Below, one piece after another: positions 12,965 to 26,100 of a DNA stretch of 64,000 bases. Origin of the DNA: Podospora anserina (Eukaryota). Position numbers and translations under genes: made by a program. Below the pieces are notes generated by a model. That model saw only the letters and a list, made by a program, of their open reading frames with translations. It was not told the DNA's origin and searched no databases. The stretch is taken from positions 1,240,001 to 1,304,000 of the forward strand of contig CM030332.1 in assembly GCA_017654855.1 (NCBI GenBank), given 5' to 3'. Position 1 is the stretch's first letter, and each line of letters begins with the position of its first letter.

Positions 12965-14360
12965 CGGTACGCAGTTGTTGAACTCGAGATGGCAGTCAGT
13001 TTTACAGTCGGCGACTCGGGAAACTTTCTCTCGTTACTTAGGCGGCGGGCTGTCCTGTCCAGTTTCTGCCTGGCAGTGAAAAGGGCGGTTCTGAGCATCG
13101 TTCCTTCCTTGCCAAAGGAGATATCGGCTTCAGATGACGTAGGTATATTTTATTCAATTACACACCTGGCAGCCACTCCATGCCGGCCTGGCATCTCTTT
13201 GGCTGATTTCGATCATCCTCTTCATAGAGCACATCGACCAGGTGGTATGGTATGGTATGAAATAGTTGCTCCCTCCTGTGAACACACTGCCTGAGAGCCA
13301 CCAATAATGCCATCATCCAATCAGCCCCTAGCCTTCCCCACAAGCGCTCTATTTGAGTGCCTCAGAAATTTGCATGTCTTTGTAACACATCGAGTCACTT
13401 CCACTGTCTCCAGACTGGATCCAACCTCCCATGTGTCGTCTCGGCTGTTGACATCGTCAACCAGCCCCTTTCTACGACAAGGCCGCCAAACAGATTTTGA
13501 TCTGGTTACAACAATGAGAAGACTGATCTAATCACGAAGATGCCTGGCCAATTTGGTGCTTCCAGTTGTGTCAGGACCGCACACCGTGACCGCAACTTCC
13601 CATGCAGTTGGTATTTAGAGATTCTTTGTTCTGGCTTCACTCGGGAAATTGGTTGGTTACTTACCAGCACCGCCAGCCCAACAGTGCCGAGGTTTTTCAA
13701 GCTTATAATACTCCCTCACCTCTCTCCTTCAACACTTGCTTCTTCCATTCTTCAAAACCTTCCGGTCCGTCAGCTTTTCCATCCACACATCACCTCTACT
13801 TTATTCTCCATATTGTGTCTCCAAGTGCTTCAGAGTACGAGCTTCATTAAGTCGAGAAATCATCATACCATATATTCAGCACCAACACGTTTGTCGAACG
13901 CAATTTCTCGATCACGGCACACCGCCTACCCCAAAATCCAGTCCACGACTTTCATCAGTCTCAATCTGAGCATTACCGTTCCTCCCTCGAGACACAATCA
14001 TCTGACATCTTTTCATCATCCATAAGCACACAGACTGGCTCACAGATAGTCATCTCACGCACCAAGACGGCGCCCTTTCCACATCAAACATCTCTAGTGA
14101 CTAACTCCACTGATCATCAGTCAGACGATCACTGTTGTCGCAGCCGTCACCATAGTACCATCATCTCAGTCATCATTTTACAGCATCGCATCTTCACATA
14201 AAACCCTTTTCACCTATTCATAATCTGGTTCTCTGTTAGCAGTTTGCATGTTATAAAGTATCACTCAACACATTTCTCATCTACAAACGGTATCAATACA
14301 CCGATCTTGACGTCTTTTCTCACCTCTCATCCCTCCATTGTTATTTCACTTCTCGCTATA

Positions 14361-15566
14361 ATGGAGCCCATCAAGATCAAGACCACCGTTCTCACCGCCG
14401 ACGCTTTGGCGAAAGCCATGGCCGAGATGCAATCCATCCTTTCCCAACTAACCCCCTCAGAGTACAAAGATGCCCTGGCCATCCAGTCAGGCGACGATTC
14501 CGACCGATCAGCTCAGAAGCTGTTCTCCGACCCGGGGGGCAACGACTCGGTCAGCTCTGACCAAAACCTCACCACCACAACAACCCTTGCCTGTCCCAGT
14601 CATCCAACCACCGACGAACCCACCACCACCGAGACAAAACCCGGGCAAAACAACTACCACATCCTCCCGCACCCGGCCCCGGTCTCCAAATCTGAGCCGC
14701 GGACTGTGAAAATCGGCACGCTAAACAACATCCCCATCTACCACTACTTCTCCCACGCCGAGCAGTTCCTCGCAAGCCAAGAATACGCCACCCCGTTCGG
14801 GAAGCGCTTCCTCCTCGACGAGCCAGACAGCTTGTTGCCTTCCGATGACCCCTCTGACAGGGTTTTCCATCCTCCCGTCCACTCGGAGGAGTGGTGGCCT
14901 GGTCCGGGGAACGCAAACAGGGATTTTCGATTCAAGAAATATTTTGAGATACGCAAGTCGGGGCTTGGGGGGTTGGGGGCGTTTGCTACGGTGGATATTG
15001 AGATGGGTAGGGTTATCTTGCTGGAGAGGCCGCTGCTGTTGACCACGCATGGGAGGGTGGAGGATGATGTGTTGGCGATGCGGCAGGAGGGGAAGGGGAT
15101 TTATAGGAGCTTGGATGGGGGAGGTGAGGTGGGGTGGGTGAGCAGGGTGAAGGATCGGAATTGGTGAGTTTATATACTGGATCTTAAGTTACCTAGTTGA
15201 GGGCGAGTTGGTGGCTAACATGATGTGTGTCTGTGTAGCTTTGATCTGGGAGGTGGGATAGGCTTCTTTGGGATTGCCTCGAGGTTCAACCATGCTTGTC
15301 GGGGTGCGGCGAATGTGAATTATAAGTATGATCATCACAGAAAGGTGATGGTTATGACGGCGAGGAGGGATATCGAGGCGGGGACGGAGCTGTTTATTGA
15401 CTATGGGGCTGGGTCTTCGGCTTGCTTGTATGCCATGTATGGGTTTGTTTGTCGGTGCGGTGGGGGGTGCAGGCGGTTGACGAGGAGGGATTTGGAGGCC
15501 ATGGGGGCTGGGTTGAAGGAACTTGTGAAGTGGGGGTTGGCGAGTGAGAAGGAATTGGCGTGGTGA
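14361..15566 (+). CDS. SET-domain protein (lysine methyltransferase-like); exons 14361-15163 and 15239-15566
   Basis: SET motifs FEIRKSGLGGLGAFATVDI, RFNHAC and ARRDIEAGTELFIDY, plus post-SET-like YGFVCRCGGGC. Intron 15164-15238 (GTGAGT...GCTAAC...GTAG) joins the two ORFs in frame. Confidence 0.85.
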
Positions 15567-17961
15567 TTGGGGGTTTGATAGGGGGGATGAAATGCGGTGA
15601 TTTATGTGGGTGATTTTCTCGCAGTTTTTTTTTTTGGTTATATTTCGCTACTTTGGTGAATTGAACGTTGTGTTGAAGTTTTATTGATGGTCCTGGTGAC
15701 AAGTTGGTTGTACAACAGAACTATTGATACACGTCAGTATAAACGTGTATTGACCGTCGACTTACCATGCGTGTGCTTCACTTGATAAATCCCCGCAGGG
15801 ACAGCGTTGGATCAAGGAAAAGGGGCTTCCAGGCGACAGGCTAGGGGTTAGGGTATGAAGGTCTTGCCCCTTTTTGACCCCTATTTGCTGATGTTATGCT
15901 GCTTCCACACCCATCATAGATAAGCATCATGTTTCCAAGGGAGACCGGGCCTATTGGTAGGGGCGCTCAACAGAAGAGGTATGTCTGTTGCGCATCATGA
16001 CAAAATCGAGCAATCTGCAACCATAAACTCCATCTGACATCCGGGCAAGAGCTCAACGCAAATGGTCCTCTCGTCTTTCGTGAAGCACACAGAAAGGGTT
16101 AAGGTTGATTGATGGCCTCGTTCGTATTCCAAAGTTGAACACCCTATCACACATGCAAGCGTGATATGACACAATATCACTCGAGATATTGAGGCGGCAG
16201 GAGACGGCAGGCCATGAGGAGCTTAACTGGCGGACGGCAAGGCCAGAATCTGCAAGCCTCATCCCAATCTTTCCCGGGACGACCACATCAGGGACACACA
16301 CACACGCACACACCCAGGCAGACAGAGTGGTAGGTGAATGAGCGGACGCGGTCCGGCTGCATGCATCCAAAAGTGCGATATTCTCCAGATTGCCATGTTG
16401 TCCGATGTGGCCTAGTGCATATGTGGTCCATCCCACACTCAGGCCTCGCTACGACGCTGAAGCAAATAGAAACTGATAGCCAGGGCAGGAAAGATAGATG
16501 GGCACGACACCCTCTTTTTGTGAGTGATGTGAAGAAGGGGAAAGGGGTGGGGTGGTAGTATTTGTTTTCCATCCCACGGCCGGCAAACTACTGGCTCATA
16601 ACGCAAGGCCGAGGGTTGCCGACGAGGTGCGTGTGCGTTTGTGTGTTGCCTTGTCCAGTATCAATCACCATTCTTCGTATCACGACTTGGTTGCAGCCTT
16701 CCTGCCAACCACTATGGATGCTTGATTTGAGCAAACACACTTGCTTCTATGATCAGTCATTTTTGCGGAGACACGCCAGCGCTTCTCTGCTCCTTGATAT
16801 CAAGCAGGTCTGATGTAATGTAAGCAGTCGGCCCCTCATCGTGAGATCTGATAAACAAATGGCGATATCGGCACGGCTTTTGCCTTCCTTTGCCTAGAGA
16901 CGGTTGTCAAGTTTCCAAAAAAAGAAAAGAGGGTTCGAAATGAGACAAGATGACGGCTGAATTCGCAAAAGGCCAACTGGATGAGAGGCGGTGAGGCGCC
17001 GGAAAATTGAGTCATAGAAAGCCAGATAGAGCTTCTCTTGGTGTGAGATGCTGGATGGATAGCTAGGGAGATCTCGGCATGTGCATTGGGACGGAAAGCT
17101 ACTTGCTCAAATGCTGTCATGGTCGCCAAGATGAAGCTGCAGCAAGCACGCTAGGCTAATGCAGCAGATCTCGAATCGTTTTGGGCCGTCTGGGGGGAAT
17201 ACAGACACCAAAGCTATATGGATTGGGTGGTCGTCATGGCGAGCACTACCTAGAAATGGCTTGGTCGTAGATTGGAACCGGAAGATAGGCATTTGAACCG
17301 GGCCATCGATAACCAATCGATAATGATACGGACATTGAACCGCTCGTGCTCTGGTGGGAAACCGAGTGGGATACCACCACCGCCTCGGCCGCGGATGCAA
17401 GCACTCTGGGCCGTTGGTGATTCATACGAATAAAACAGGTCGGTGGCGCACGAATGAGAAATGGATTTTGCTCTGGCGTGAATATCGAGCAAATCCTCGG
17501 AGGGAACAGCCGCAACTGGGTGTGAATGGGCTGTTAATTGAGGGGCCGGTGGAGGTATAAGACCCGAATATGAAGAGGTGCAGACGCCGGACGGGCCATA
17601 GTCTGATACGAGGGATAGCCGAGCGCTCAATGCCTGTGAGCACCCATGTGGCTTCTAGAACGATTGGACAATGAACAAAGTGTGCGAGGCACGGCGAATG
17701 TATGTAATCCATGTCGGCACAATCTAGATGATGCGTATACACCCGCTGTATGTCATGGCCGTCTCGGCATCATGAGCATATGTCTGTCTGCCTTTCATAT
17801 GTCAACCTCCGCCGAGAAAAAGACCGGTCTTGCCGGAAAGCTCCGGAGAGCATCGACCTCACCTCTTCGATGCCGTAATGGGGCCGAGGACCCTCGATGA
17901 CATCTTGATCGACCGATCCAGAAAGACAGAAGCTGGTGTGGTGGAGGGGCATCCGGCTTTA

Positions 17962-19255
17962 CTGTGGTGCAGGGGTAAGTTTTGCCTTCTTGTCAAGTAC
18001 TCGCGCTAGTCAAGGTCCACCCTGACGATTGTATTCTACAAAATAATCACCATATCTATAGCTAGTATTTTGTATGCATACCATTCGCTGCAATTACTGC
18101 CTCACACCGACTGGGCATCGAATCCAACAGCGTTTGAAGGTAAGATTCCGGAAGCTCTTGCCAGGCCTCCTCCACGTACCTCTTCAACTTCGCGTACGAC
18201 GGCTTCTCCTCAAGGCCGTATTTATCCTCAATATAATCCTTCATCCAATTCCAACAGGATTCAATAGGGTTTAAATCTGGGGAAAAAGGAGGCCAATCAA
18301 CTACTCTAATCTTCCTATTCTCAAGATCCTTCTTCGTACCGGCCGCTCGATGGCCAGGTGCGCCGTCCTGCATAAAAGAAAGCTGTAAATGGTGTTGCTC
18401 GAAGGTATCGTCAATAAATTTGTGGACGTTAGGAAGGATATTTTTTCGGTAAGAATACTCATTAATCGATCCCCATTCCTTTTCCCAGAAGATACCAGGG
18501 CCTTTAGTTGAGCCGTAAAAGCAGCCCCAGAACATCCACCCTCCTTTTCTCTGGTGCTTTTCAACGATACAAGTAGGGTCCCATTCCTCGTCGATTCGGC
18601 GTGTAACATACTGCTTACGGTGAGGACCACCAACTACCCAGGTTTCGTCACTCCAAAGGATTATACGCCATTGTTCGAGAGTCCAGTCTTTATGTTCTAT
18701 AGCCCAGGCCAGTCGCTTTTGCTGGTTGGCTTCTGAAATAGGAGGCTTCTTCCGAGCAACTCGACGGCGAAATCCGTGGCGGTAAAGGGCGTTGCGAATC
18801 GTAATCCAGTTAAGAAGGGAGTTGAAAAGGGCAATAGAAAGCTCCAGGAAGCTCATCCGACGGTGTGCCTTTGATTCACACACATACCGAATAAGCTCGA
18901 GCTCTTGATCGGCCGTAATAACGCGTGGTCGGCCAGATCGTGGGGCGACCTCGGCCGCCGGGGCTCGTATCGCATGGCGGATTTGGTATTTCGTATAACC
19001 AGTGGTTTCTTGAATTCGGGGTTGGCTAAGGTGGCCGTCGAAATAAAGGGTACGAATTCGTTGACGCTCTTCAGTAGTAAGGTGGCGATTGGGAGCCATT
19101 GTGGTGCTGGCTGGCTGGCTAAGTGGTGTTGAAAGGTGGAAAATACTGGTCTGGAGGAAATTGCGGTAGAATTTTGGCCGAAGTTGGCCTAGCCAAAAAA
19201 ACAAGGCCCTGGGCGGTACTTGACAAGGGGGCAAAACTTTTGTACGTAACCACAG
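17962..19255 (-). mobile_element. Tc1/mariner-superfamily DNA transposon (Tc1/impala-like), full length, 1294 bp
   Basis: Imperfect TIRs at 17962-18000 (CTGTGGTGCAGGGGTAAGTTTTGCCTTCTTGTCAAGTAC) and 19255-19216 (CTGTGGTTACGTACAAAAGTTTTGCCCCCTTGTCAAGTAC). TA target-site duplication at 17960-61 and 19256-57. Contains a transposase ORF. Confidence 0.93.
18062..19099 (-). CDS. Tc1-family transposase, DD34E, 345 aa
   Basis: ATG at 19099 (MAPNRHLTTEE). HTH region with GRPR linker, then WSDETW, FMQDGAPGH and SPDLNPIE, with 34 residues between the second D and the E. No internal stops. Confidence 0.93.
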   Translation of the reverse strand: MAPNRHLTTEERQRIRTLYFDGHLSQPRIQETTGYTKYQIRHAIRAPAAEVAPRSGRPRVITADQELELIRYVCESKAHRRMSFLELSIALFNSLLNWITIRNALYRHGFRRRVARKKPPISEANQQKRLAWAIEHKDWTLEQWRIILWSDETWVVGGPHRKQYVTRRIDEEWDPTCIVEKHQRKGGWMFWGCFYGSTKGPGIFWEKEWGSINEYSYRKNILPNVHKFIDDTFEQHHLQLSFMQDGAPGHRAAGTKKDLENRKIRVVDWPPFSPDLNPIESCWNWMKDYIEDKYGLEEKPSYAKLKRYVEEAWQELPESYLQTLLDSMPSRCEAVIAANGMHTKY

Positions 19256-21260
19256 TACTGACATGGGCTGGCCGAGCCAAAATCTTGGTCAAGAATGAGC
19301 AAGTATGAGATGGCGGTCAACATGTTGCGCCCTAGTATTGCTTTTTAGGGTATCTTCCAATTGGCGAAGCCTCTGCCGCAACTGATTGGCGAAGGAATAT
19401 TATTCCTTGGGGAAGGGACAACAAGAACATGGAGTCCAATTAGATAGCCAAGTTTTCCCACCTTCTCGGTTTCCACGGCTTACGGGACAAAGCCAGCGGT
19501 CCCTTTGGCACGTTTGGTACGGAGATGGTGGTGAGAAAACCGGGGGAGGGTACCCCACGCGGGCTATGGAGTGGACGTCAGTCTCCCGTCTCCCGGGCAG
19601 ATCGGGACCTGCCTCTGGGCGTATGCCAAATGTTGTCGGCCTAGGACCCCAGCCAAACGGAAAGCTATCCGGTTCAGGTGTCATGGTGGCATCCAGAGCT
19701 ATTTGCTGGCTCAACTGGTTGACGACTAAAGGTAGAACGAGTGGCCGTCCCCAAAACTCCAATGCCATTTCATTACGTCTCAGAACACACAACAACCACT
19801 GGCTGTCTGCCTAGATCCGTATACTAACGGGTAGCGGTTTACAGATGTGTGTGGTGAGACCCGTGGGGGTAAAGGAGAGAATGGGTAGGCCGATAAGGTG
19901 CTTTTGTGGCATGATTGGGAGATGCCGGAGGGGAGAGGCTGAGAGGGGCCCCGCCTCGACCAGAGTGTGTGCCAAGTTCAGCGGCACCATCGTGCGTTGA
20001 CCGACGTTACTCTGAATCCCGGGAAGTTGTGTACACGCTTTTAGAACCGGCATGGAGTTTGATGTATATCGCTCATGGAGGCTCGACAGGGGGAGGGATA
20101 TTGACATCCGGGTGAGATGGAGGTCGTCCGCGCCTCTCTTGCTTGTGATACTGCTTGCTGAGTTGGCCCTTCTTTCCGAGTGGTGGCAAGATGAGTTTTC
20201 CCTCATCCGATAAGCTCCGAGCAGCGGATGTTTGATATATCGAGCCACGCCCGAGAGTAATCCGGGGAACTCTCCACAGAGCGATAAGCCACCTCAGAGC
20301 TCACAGGGAAATGTGATGGGTCAAAACGCCATACTATCCGGGCCTGTCGAGCTGGCAACCTGGAAGTGCAGAGTGCAGACCGACCGCCTGTTGACGGCCA
20401 GAGAACACAGGCAGCCGTGACGCAGGCATCACCAGCACCAGGAATCGGATGAGACATCTGGGGGAGAGAGAAAGTTGCGTTGACGGGTGCTGTGCGCACA
20501 AGCTGTGCTGCAGCTGGTTTCCCTTGCAGCATGGATGGAAGCAGCGAAGTTTTTTCTGTGGGCTGCCCTGGTTTTAGTCGAGCGCCAAGACATGGCTTTT
20601 GGCGGGGTTGTTCCCTCTAGCTCCAACTTTCACACCCCACCTTTTCTCAGCCGAGGGGCAGCGAGGCACCACAAGCCAGCGAGGGGCAGCATTTCGAGGC
20701 TTGCCATTTGCTATCACCTATGCACATTCTGCTTCCTTAGACGCGGCCATCTGAGATAAGACATTGTGAGAGGTAAAGTGAGGTTGTAATTTGCCAGGTC
20801 CCAACCATCCCAAAGAGGCAGTCGACACCATCAGGATGAGCCAGAACACGGAGCGAAACGCGAGGGCAGCCTAACCATGAGGAGACATCTCTAACACAGA
20901 CCGGGATACCTCTCATCATGGTGTGTGATGCACAGCGATGCGCCTGCGTCTCTCTTCCTGTTCACCGACTCCACCAGCGGCATGGAATTTGACTCCTTCC
21001 CGCTTGGGGTGGTCCTAGTTTTCTTTTTGTCTCGCCTTTTTTTGGCGGTCGACCAGTGAGTGTGGTTTTACAACGCTGACACCCCCAAGCCCAAGCCTCC
21101 TTCTCCTGCAACCACACACGAGCTTACTACAACCGTCCATTCTTCGTACGCTCCGGCCGCAGCAGGATACGTACCTCGCCTGGCTCTAGGACCTTGGAGT
21201 CAAGAAGCACTTCCTCGCCTTACTTTCCGCCCTCCCCTTCTTCCTCTTTTCTTCTTCACC

Positions 21261-22178
21261 ATGAGCGCCCCCGCCGACTCTGCCCAACCTCTGGCGTCGA
21301 CCAGCAACGATCAGGTTCCCACCTCTGCTGATATCAACACCAGCGATGCCTCGAGAGGACAGTCCGCCTCCGCCTCCGCCAGTGCCTCCGAACTCGCCCG
21401 TACAAAGATAACTCTCCAGGGCGCCCTCAAGTCGTTCCAGGACTTTCCCATTCCCGGTATCAACTTCATCGATATCCTCCCCTTGTTCCAGGACCCCGCC
21501 ATCCACAACGCCCTGCTCCGCGCCCTCGAGCTCCAGGTGCTCGAGTTTGTTGGCAGCTTGAAGCCCGATGTGGTTGTGGGGTTGGATGCGCGGGGTTTCC
21601 TCTTCGGCCCTTCGCTCGCCCTGAAGCTCGATGCGAGCTTCGTGCCCGTCCGCAAAAAGGGCAAGATGCCCGGCCCCTGCGTGACGGCTGCCTATGAGAA
21701 GGAGTACGGCACCGACTTTTTCCAGATGCAAGAGGGTGCTATCAAGCCGGGCCAGAAGGTCCTGGTCGTGGATGACATTATTGCTACCGGTACGTTTTTC
21801 CTGAACTGAACTAAGTGGAATATTGCGCCATTGCGGCGGCCATTCACCACCCCTGGAACCTCCCCGCCAATGGGTTTCCCAAATTTTTTAGCACCGCCCC
21901 CTGCTTTCGAAAAACACCGGCCGCCGTTGCGGTCATACGTTGGGAAACCGCTCAAAAGCTTGGTTCTTCCGAGCTTCCTAAAAAGCCACAAATGAAACGA
22001 GCCTAGACTAACACAATCTTCACTCACAGGTGGATCTGCCGCGGCCGCTGGCACCTTGGTGAAGCAGCTCGGAGGTGAGCTGGTCGGCTATCTCTTCATC
22101 CTCGAGATTGCCTTCCTCAAGGGCCGTGAGAAGCTCGGTGGCGTTCCTACCATTACTCTCCTCGAGACGGATGAGTAA
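21261..22178 (+). CDS. apt1: Adenine phosphoribosyltransferase; exons 21261-21789 and 22030-22178
   Basis: Motifs [28 protein letters not shown] and YEKEYGTD, plus the PRPP motif [13 protein letters not shown] reconstituted across intron 21790-22029 (GTACGT...ACTAAC...ACAG). Confidence 0.95.
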
Positions 22179-23173
22179 AATAGCTCGGCCGACATCGGTG
22201 CTTACACACTGACAACACACACGCAACAACACAATTCGGCGGGCTCTTATCCGACATATCCATATTCGACGGTTTCCGGGCTTTTTTATTTTTCAACATG
22301 AAACAGTTTAAATACCCCTACATTTGTTTTTTCTTACACGGGATGATTATTCGTCAATGATGGGTGTGTGCGCGTGTGGATTTTTCTTGGCCGATAGACT
22401 ACTACTCCTACTGTGATCTTCAGGCAAACGGCATGGGAGCTTTACTGGATGGGCGTTGTGGTTTGTTCAAAAATCCGGAGTGGTGATTTGTGATGTGGTT
22501 GTGGGCAATGACATCATCACTATCAGGGAAAGTAATCAAGTAGACTTTGGGGCATGCTGATTGTTTCTCTTGTTGTACTACCACTCACTACCTACACTCT
22601 CGCCACGTTGCCTCGGTTGTGGGCGACGGGCAAAAATGAATAAAAAAAATAACATATGAATCGCTCTTTCATAGGTTCATGTGAGATATGGGACCAGAAT
22701 AATATCTTCTCGTACTGCAATCAAGTAAGTGTGTGCTGCATCTCCCTCAAATCAATCAATATCACATCACATGCATCGATCATCAGAGGGCAAGTTCGCA
22801 CATACACCCAAACATCAAGGTTCTCAGTCCTACCCTCGAGATGTAACAGCCAGTCTAGATTGATTGACTGCACAAATAGTGGATAAATCCAATGTCGACT
22901 ATGGCAACGGCCCAGCATAAAGTGCAGGGGCAGCATGCAGCGGCCTCTAAAGATGGGATGAAGAAACATACTACTCGTATACATCCAACGCTAAATGCAA
23001 AAAAATAAACACTTCTAACCACCATCATCTAACCTCACATCAACCCAAACACAATTACCGCTCACCAAAAGAATCCATATACACAAAATTCCATACCTTA
23101 AAAATTCACACCACCCACTCCCACCCGTCAATCATATCTCCCTAACCCTAACCCCCCACCTACACCTAAACTC

Positions 23174-26100
23174 CTAATCAACCTCATCATTATCCCCCTC
23201 ATCAACAATCACATTCCTGACCCTGAACCCCGAGCTCTCCACAAACCACCTCCTCGCCAACCCCATCCTCTTCGCAGCCCCAAGCTGCTCATACCCAACA
23301 TCCCCCCCACCAACCATCACCATCGGAATCGGATGCCTCCTCGCAAACCCAGCAGGCGTCACCTGGACCTCATCCAGCAACGGCCTGATCAACCCCGCTT
23401 GCTCCCTCAGATGCGCCGCCGACGACGACTCGGCCCCGTCATCATCCGACACAACCACCACCAGCTGCAGTGACCTGAACGAGGGCGAAAATGCGGGAAT
23501 GTTGGCCAGCTTGGTCGAAAAGTTGCACCCGCCCCTGCGGATGACGATGACCTGGTGGTCTCGCGGGGCAGAGTCGGGGAGGACGGCGTCGCAGGCAGTG
23601 CCGGCCGCGTAAATCGTCGACCAGGGGAAGTGCTCTATCGGGACGGGTCCAAACTCGGGGATGCGAGGCGCGCGGGGTGGGATGATGTGCGCTGGTAGAG
23701 GGGCGGCGCCCAGCCCTGTGGGGGTGACTGCTGTTCGGTTTATCACCAGGTTGTAGGGCAGGGCCTTTTTGGGGGTGGAGGACCTAAGCCCCGGGATGGA
23801 GGTGGCGTCTGGGAGCTGGAGGTCCAATGAGGCAGCAATTTGGTTGAAGAGTGCTTTGACCATGGAGCCAAAAGCTGGAACAGAGACCCGGGGAGAGGCA
23901 ACGGGGGGAAGCTCGGCCTTGGCGAGAAGGTCTTGTAGGAGGTCTGCGTCGAGCTCTTCGAGGTCTTCTTCTTCATGGGTGTCTTCTGTTTGAGACAGTG
24001 GTTGTTGGCCAGCTTTTCTCCCATCGTCACTAGCCGCGGGCTCATCATCAAGCAGGTTGATTTGATGTAACTGTTGGAGTTTGGCGAGAACGGGGTCCTT
24101 GATCAGCGAGAATCTTGGATCTTGGATCTCGCCCAGTATGGCCCGGTCAAAGATGATGGATTCGTCCTTGCCCAGCAAAACGCCATTAACTTTGCTGACC
24201 CGCCACTCACGCTCACCAGTACCACTATCCTCCAGACGCATTGACATCTTGAGTCCCGATAGGCTGGAAACACGGATACGATCCGCACTTAATCTTTCCA
24301 GATTCTGACTGCCCAGTAGAAAGTTGAAGGAGCTGCCTCCAACAGCCTGCTGCGCGTTCGAGGCGAATTCCAGGGTCACCTCCTCTGGCTGGTACAGTTT
24401 AGCGCAGATGCCATTGTCAGGCATAAGCTCTGCAGGGAGTGTCCACGGATAAAGCGTGTAGTTTGAGCGAGCCATGTGTTGACCAGACATTTGCCCTGCA
24501 TCGATAGCGTAGGCGGAAGTTGGGGAAAGCTGGTGAAGATCCAACAAGCGCGCGGCGTGGTAAATGTCATCTCTTGCTGCAACGACCGACCCTGATAATG
24601 GCGTGGTTTGGGGCCGTGGCGGGCATGTGTTTGTGTACTCCTCGTTAGGATAGACAGTCAAGTATTTGCGAGGTGACCGTCGTCGGCGAGGACCATCTTT
24701 TGGCGGAGCCTTGGGAATAATGAGTGGGTGTCCCTCGGTTGTGAAAACATAAGGGGCATCCAAAGAGTTTAGCGGGTGTTCGTCGTCAAAGAGCAAGTAC
24801 ATGTATTTGGCGGTCTCTCCGAGGAAAAAGCTTTCCATGCGGTCGCTCTTTTCGCCATCCAAAACGTTTTGCAGGCCTGCCCAGCCGCAAGGGGTCCAGC
24901 AACGTCTCGTGATATCCCGCAACACCATCTCACCAACGTACAGATACCAGGGGTCTTTGGTGGCGCGATATATGTGGTATGTCGACTCGATGAACTCTGG
25001 CCGCAGCGGCCACCAGCCGAGTCCACCCTCAACTGTCTTATCACGAAGTGAGTACCGCTCAGGAAGCGCAGCATACCTCGTCCATATGGCGGTGTATAAG
25101 AGGTTTGTCTCAATGGCTTCCTCAACCTCACCAGCAAGAACAAGGAGCCCCGAGTAATACGCGCCCAGGCTGTCAACCCAATTGGATACTAAAGATCCTG
25201 TCCAAAGGTTAACGTTGTCATAGTGGGGGTGGTCTTTTTCATTGTAAAGATGGCGCTTGATGGCTGCGTGTGCCAGATGCCATGCTTCCAAAAACGAATC
25301 GGCCGAGTTTTCGGCATCGTTCAGGGGAGGGAAAAGAGCGTTGGGATCCAACCAGTTGTCACTGTCGATGCCGCCCCTGTGTTTGCGTGCAGGAGCCGTC
25401 CGGTTAGGGGGCTCATGTCCAGAGAGTAGAATATGTGACTTCAAAGCATACTCGAAAAAGCTGTCAGCGCCCGCACCAATGACGGCATAAGCTCCGATCC
25501 AGTGGCCTTGCTCGGCATCCACACCAGCCCCTATAAGTCCTATCTGGCTTTTTCTGTACCAGACAGCCCAGAAGGCACGTTTTGCAAGTTGCTCGAATCG
25601 CGGGTCGCCGGTCAGACGACTCAGAACTGTAAACTCGAGCACCAGTGACCCCGCGCCAGCGCTACACGTTTCCGTTATCTCCAGTGGGCCTTCTGGTGGG
25701 TTCATGGGTGCATTCTCATGCATGGGTGAGTTGGTATAAAAGGGGATGCCATGACGGAGGTTGACACGCGGGTATGGCATTCCCGTCTTGGTGTAAAAGG
25801 CCGGCAAGAGCCTCTGTCCCAGATCCAGTGCTAATCTCAAAATTTGCCCATCGTACTTGAACCCGTTTGGCCAAACGATTGGTTGCGAATATAAGGGGTC
25901 ATCCGTCTCGATATGGCGAGGTTTGTATCCGGTTATCGGCAGCGCGCCCACGGCAAACAGATGGGCACTGAGAAGCCCACCAAGGCCTCGAATCACCGTC
26001 TCAAAGACTTGAACCTTGCTGTCGACATCGAACCCACGACCACGCTGGCCTACTCCTGAAGGTCCAGGGCTTCCATCTCCGTACTGTTCGACCAAGGCGG

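Noticed and set aside
19100-19264. 55-aa N-terminal extension of the transposase in the ORF track
   Set aside because: It starts outside the TIR (the element ends at 19255), so the genuine start is ATG 19099.
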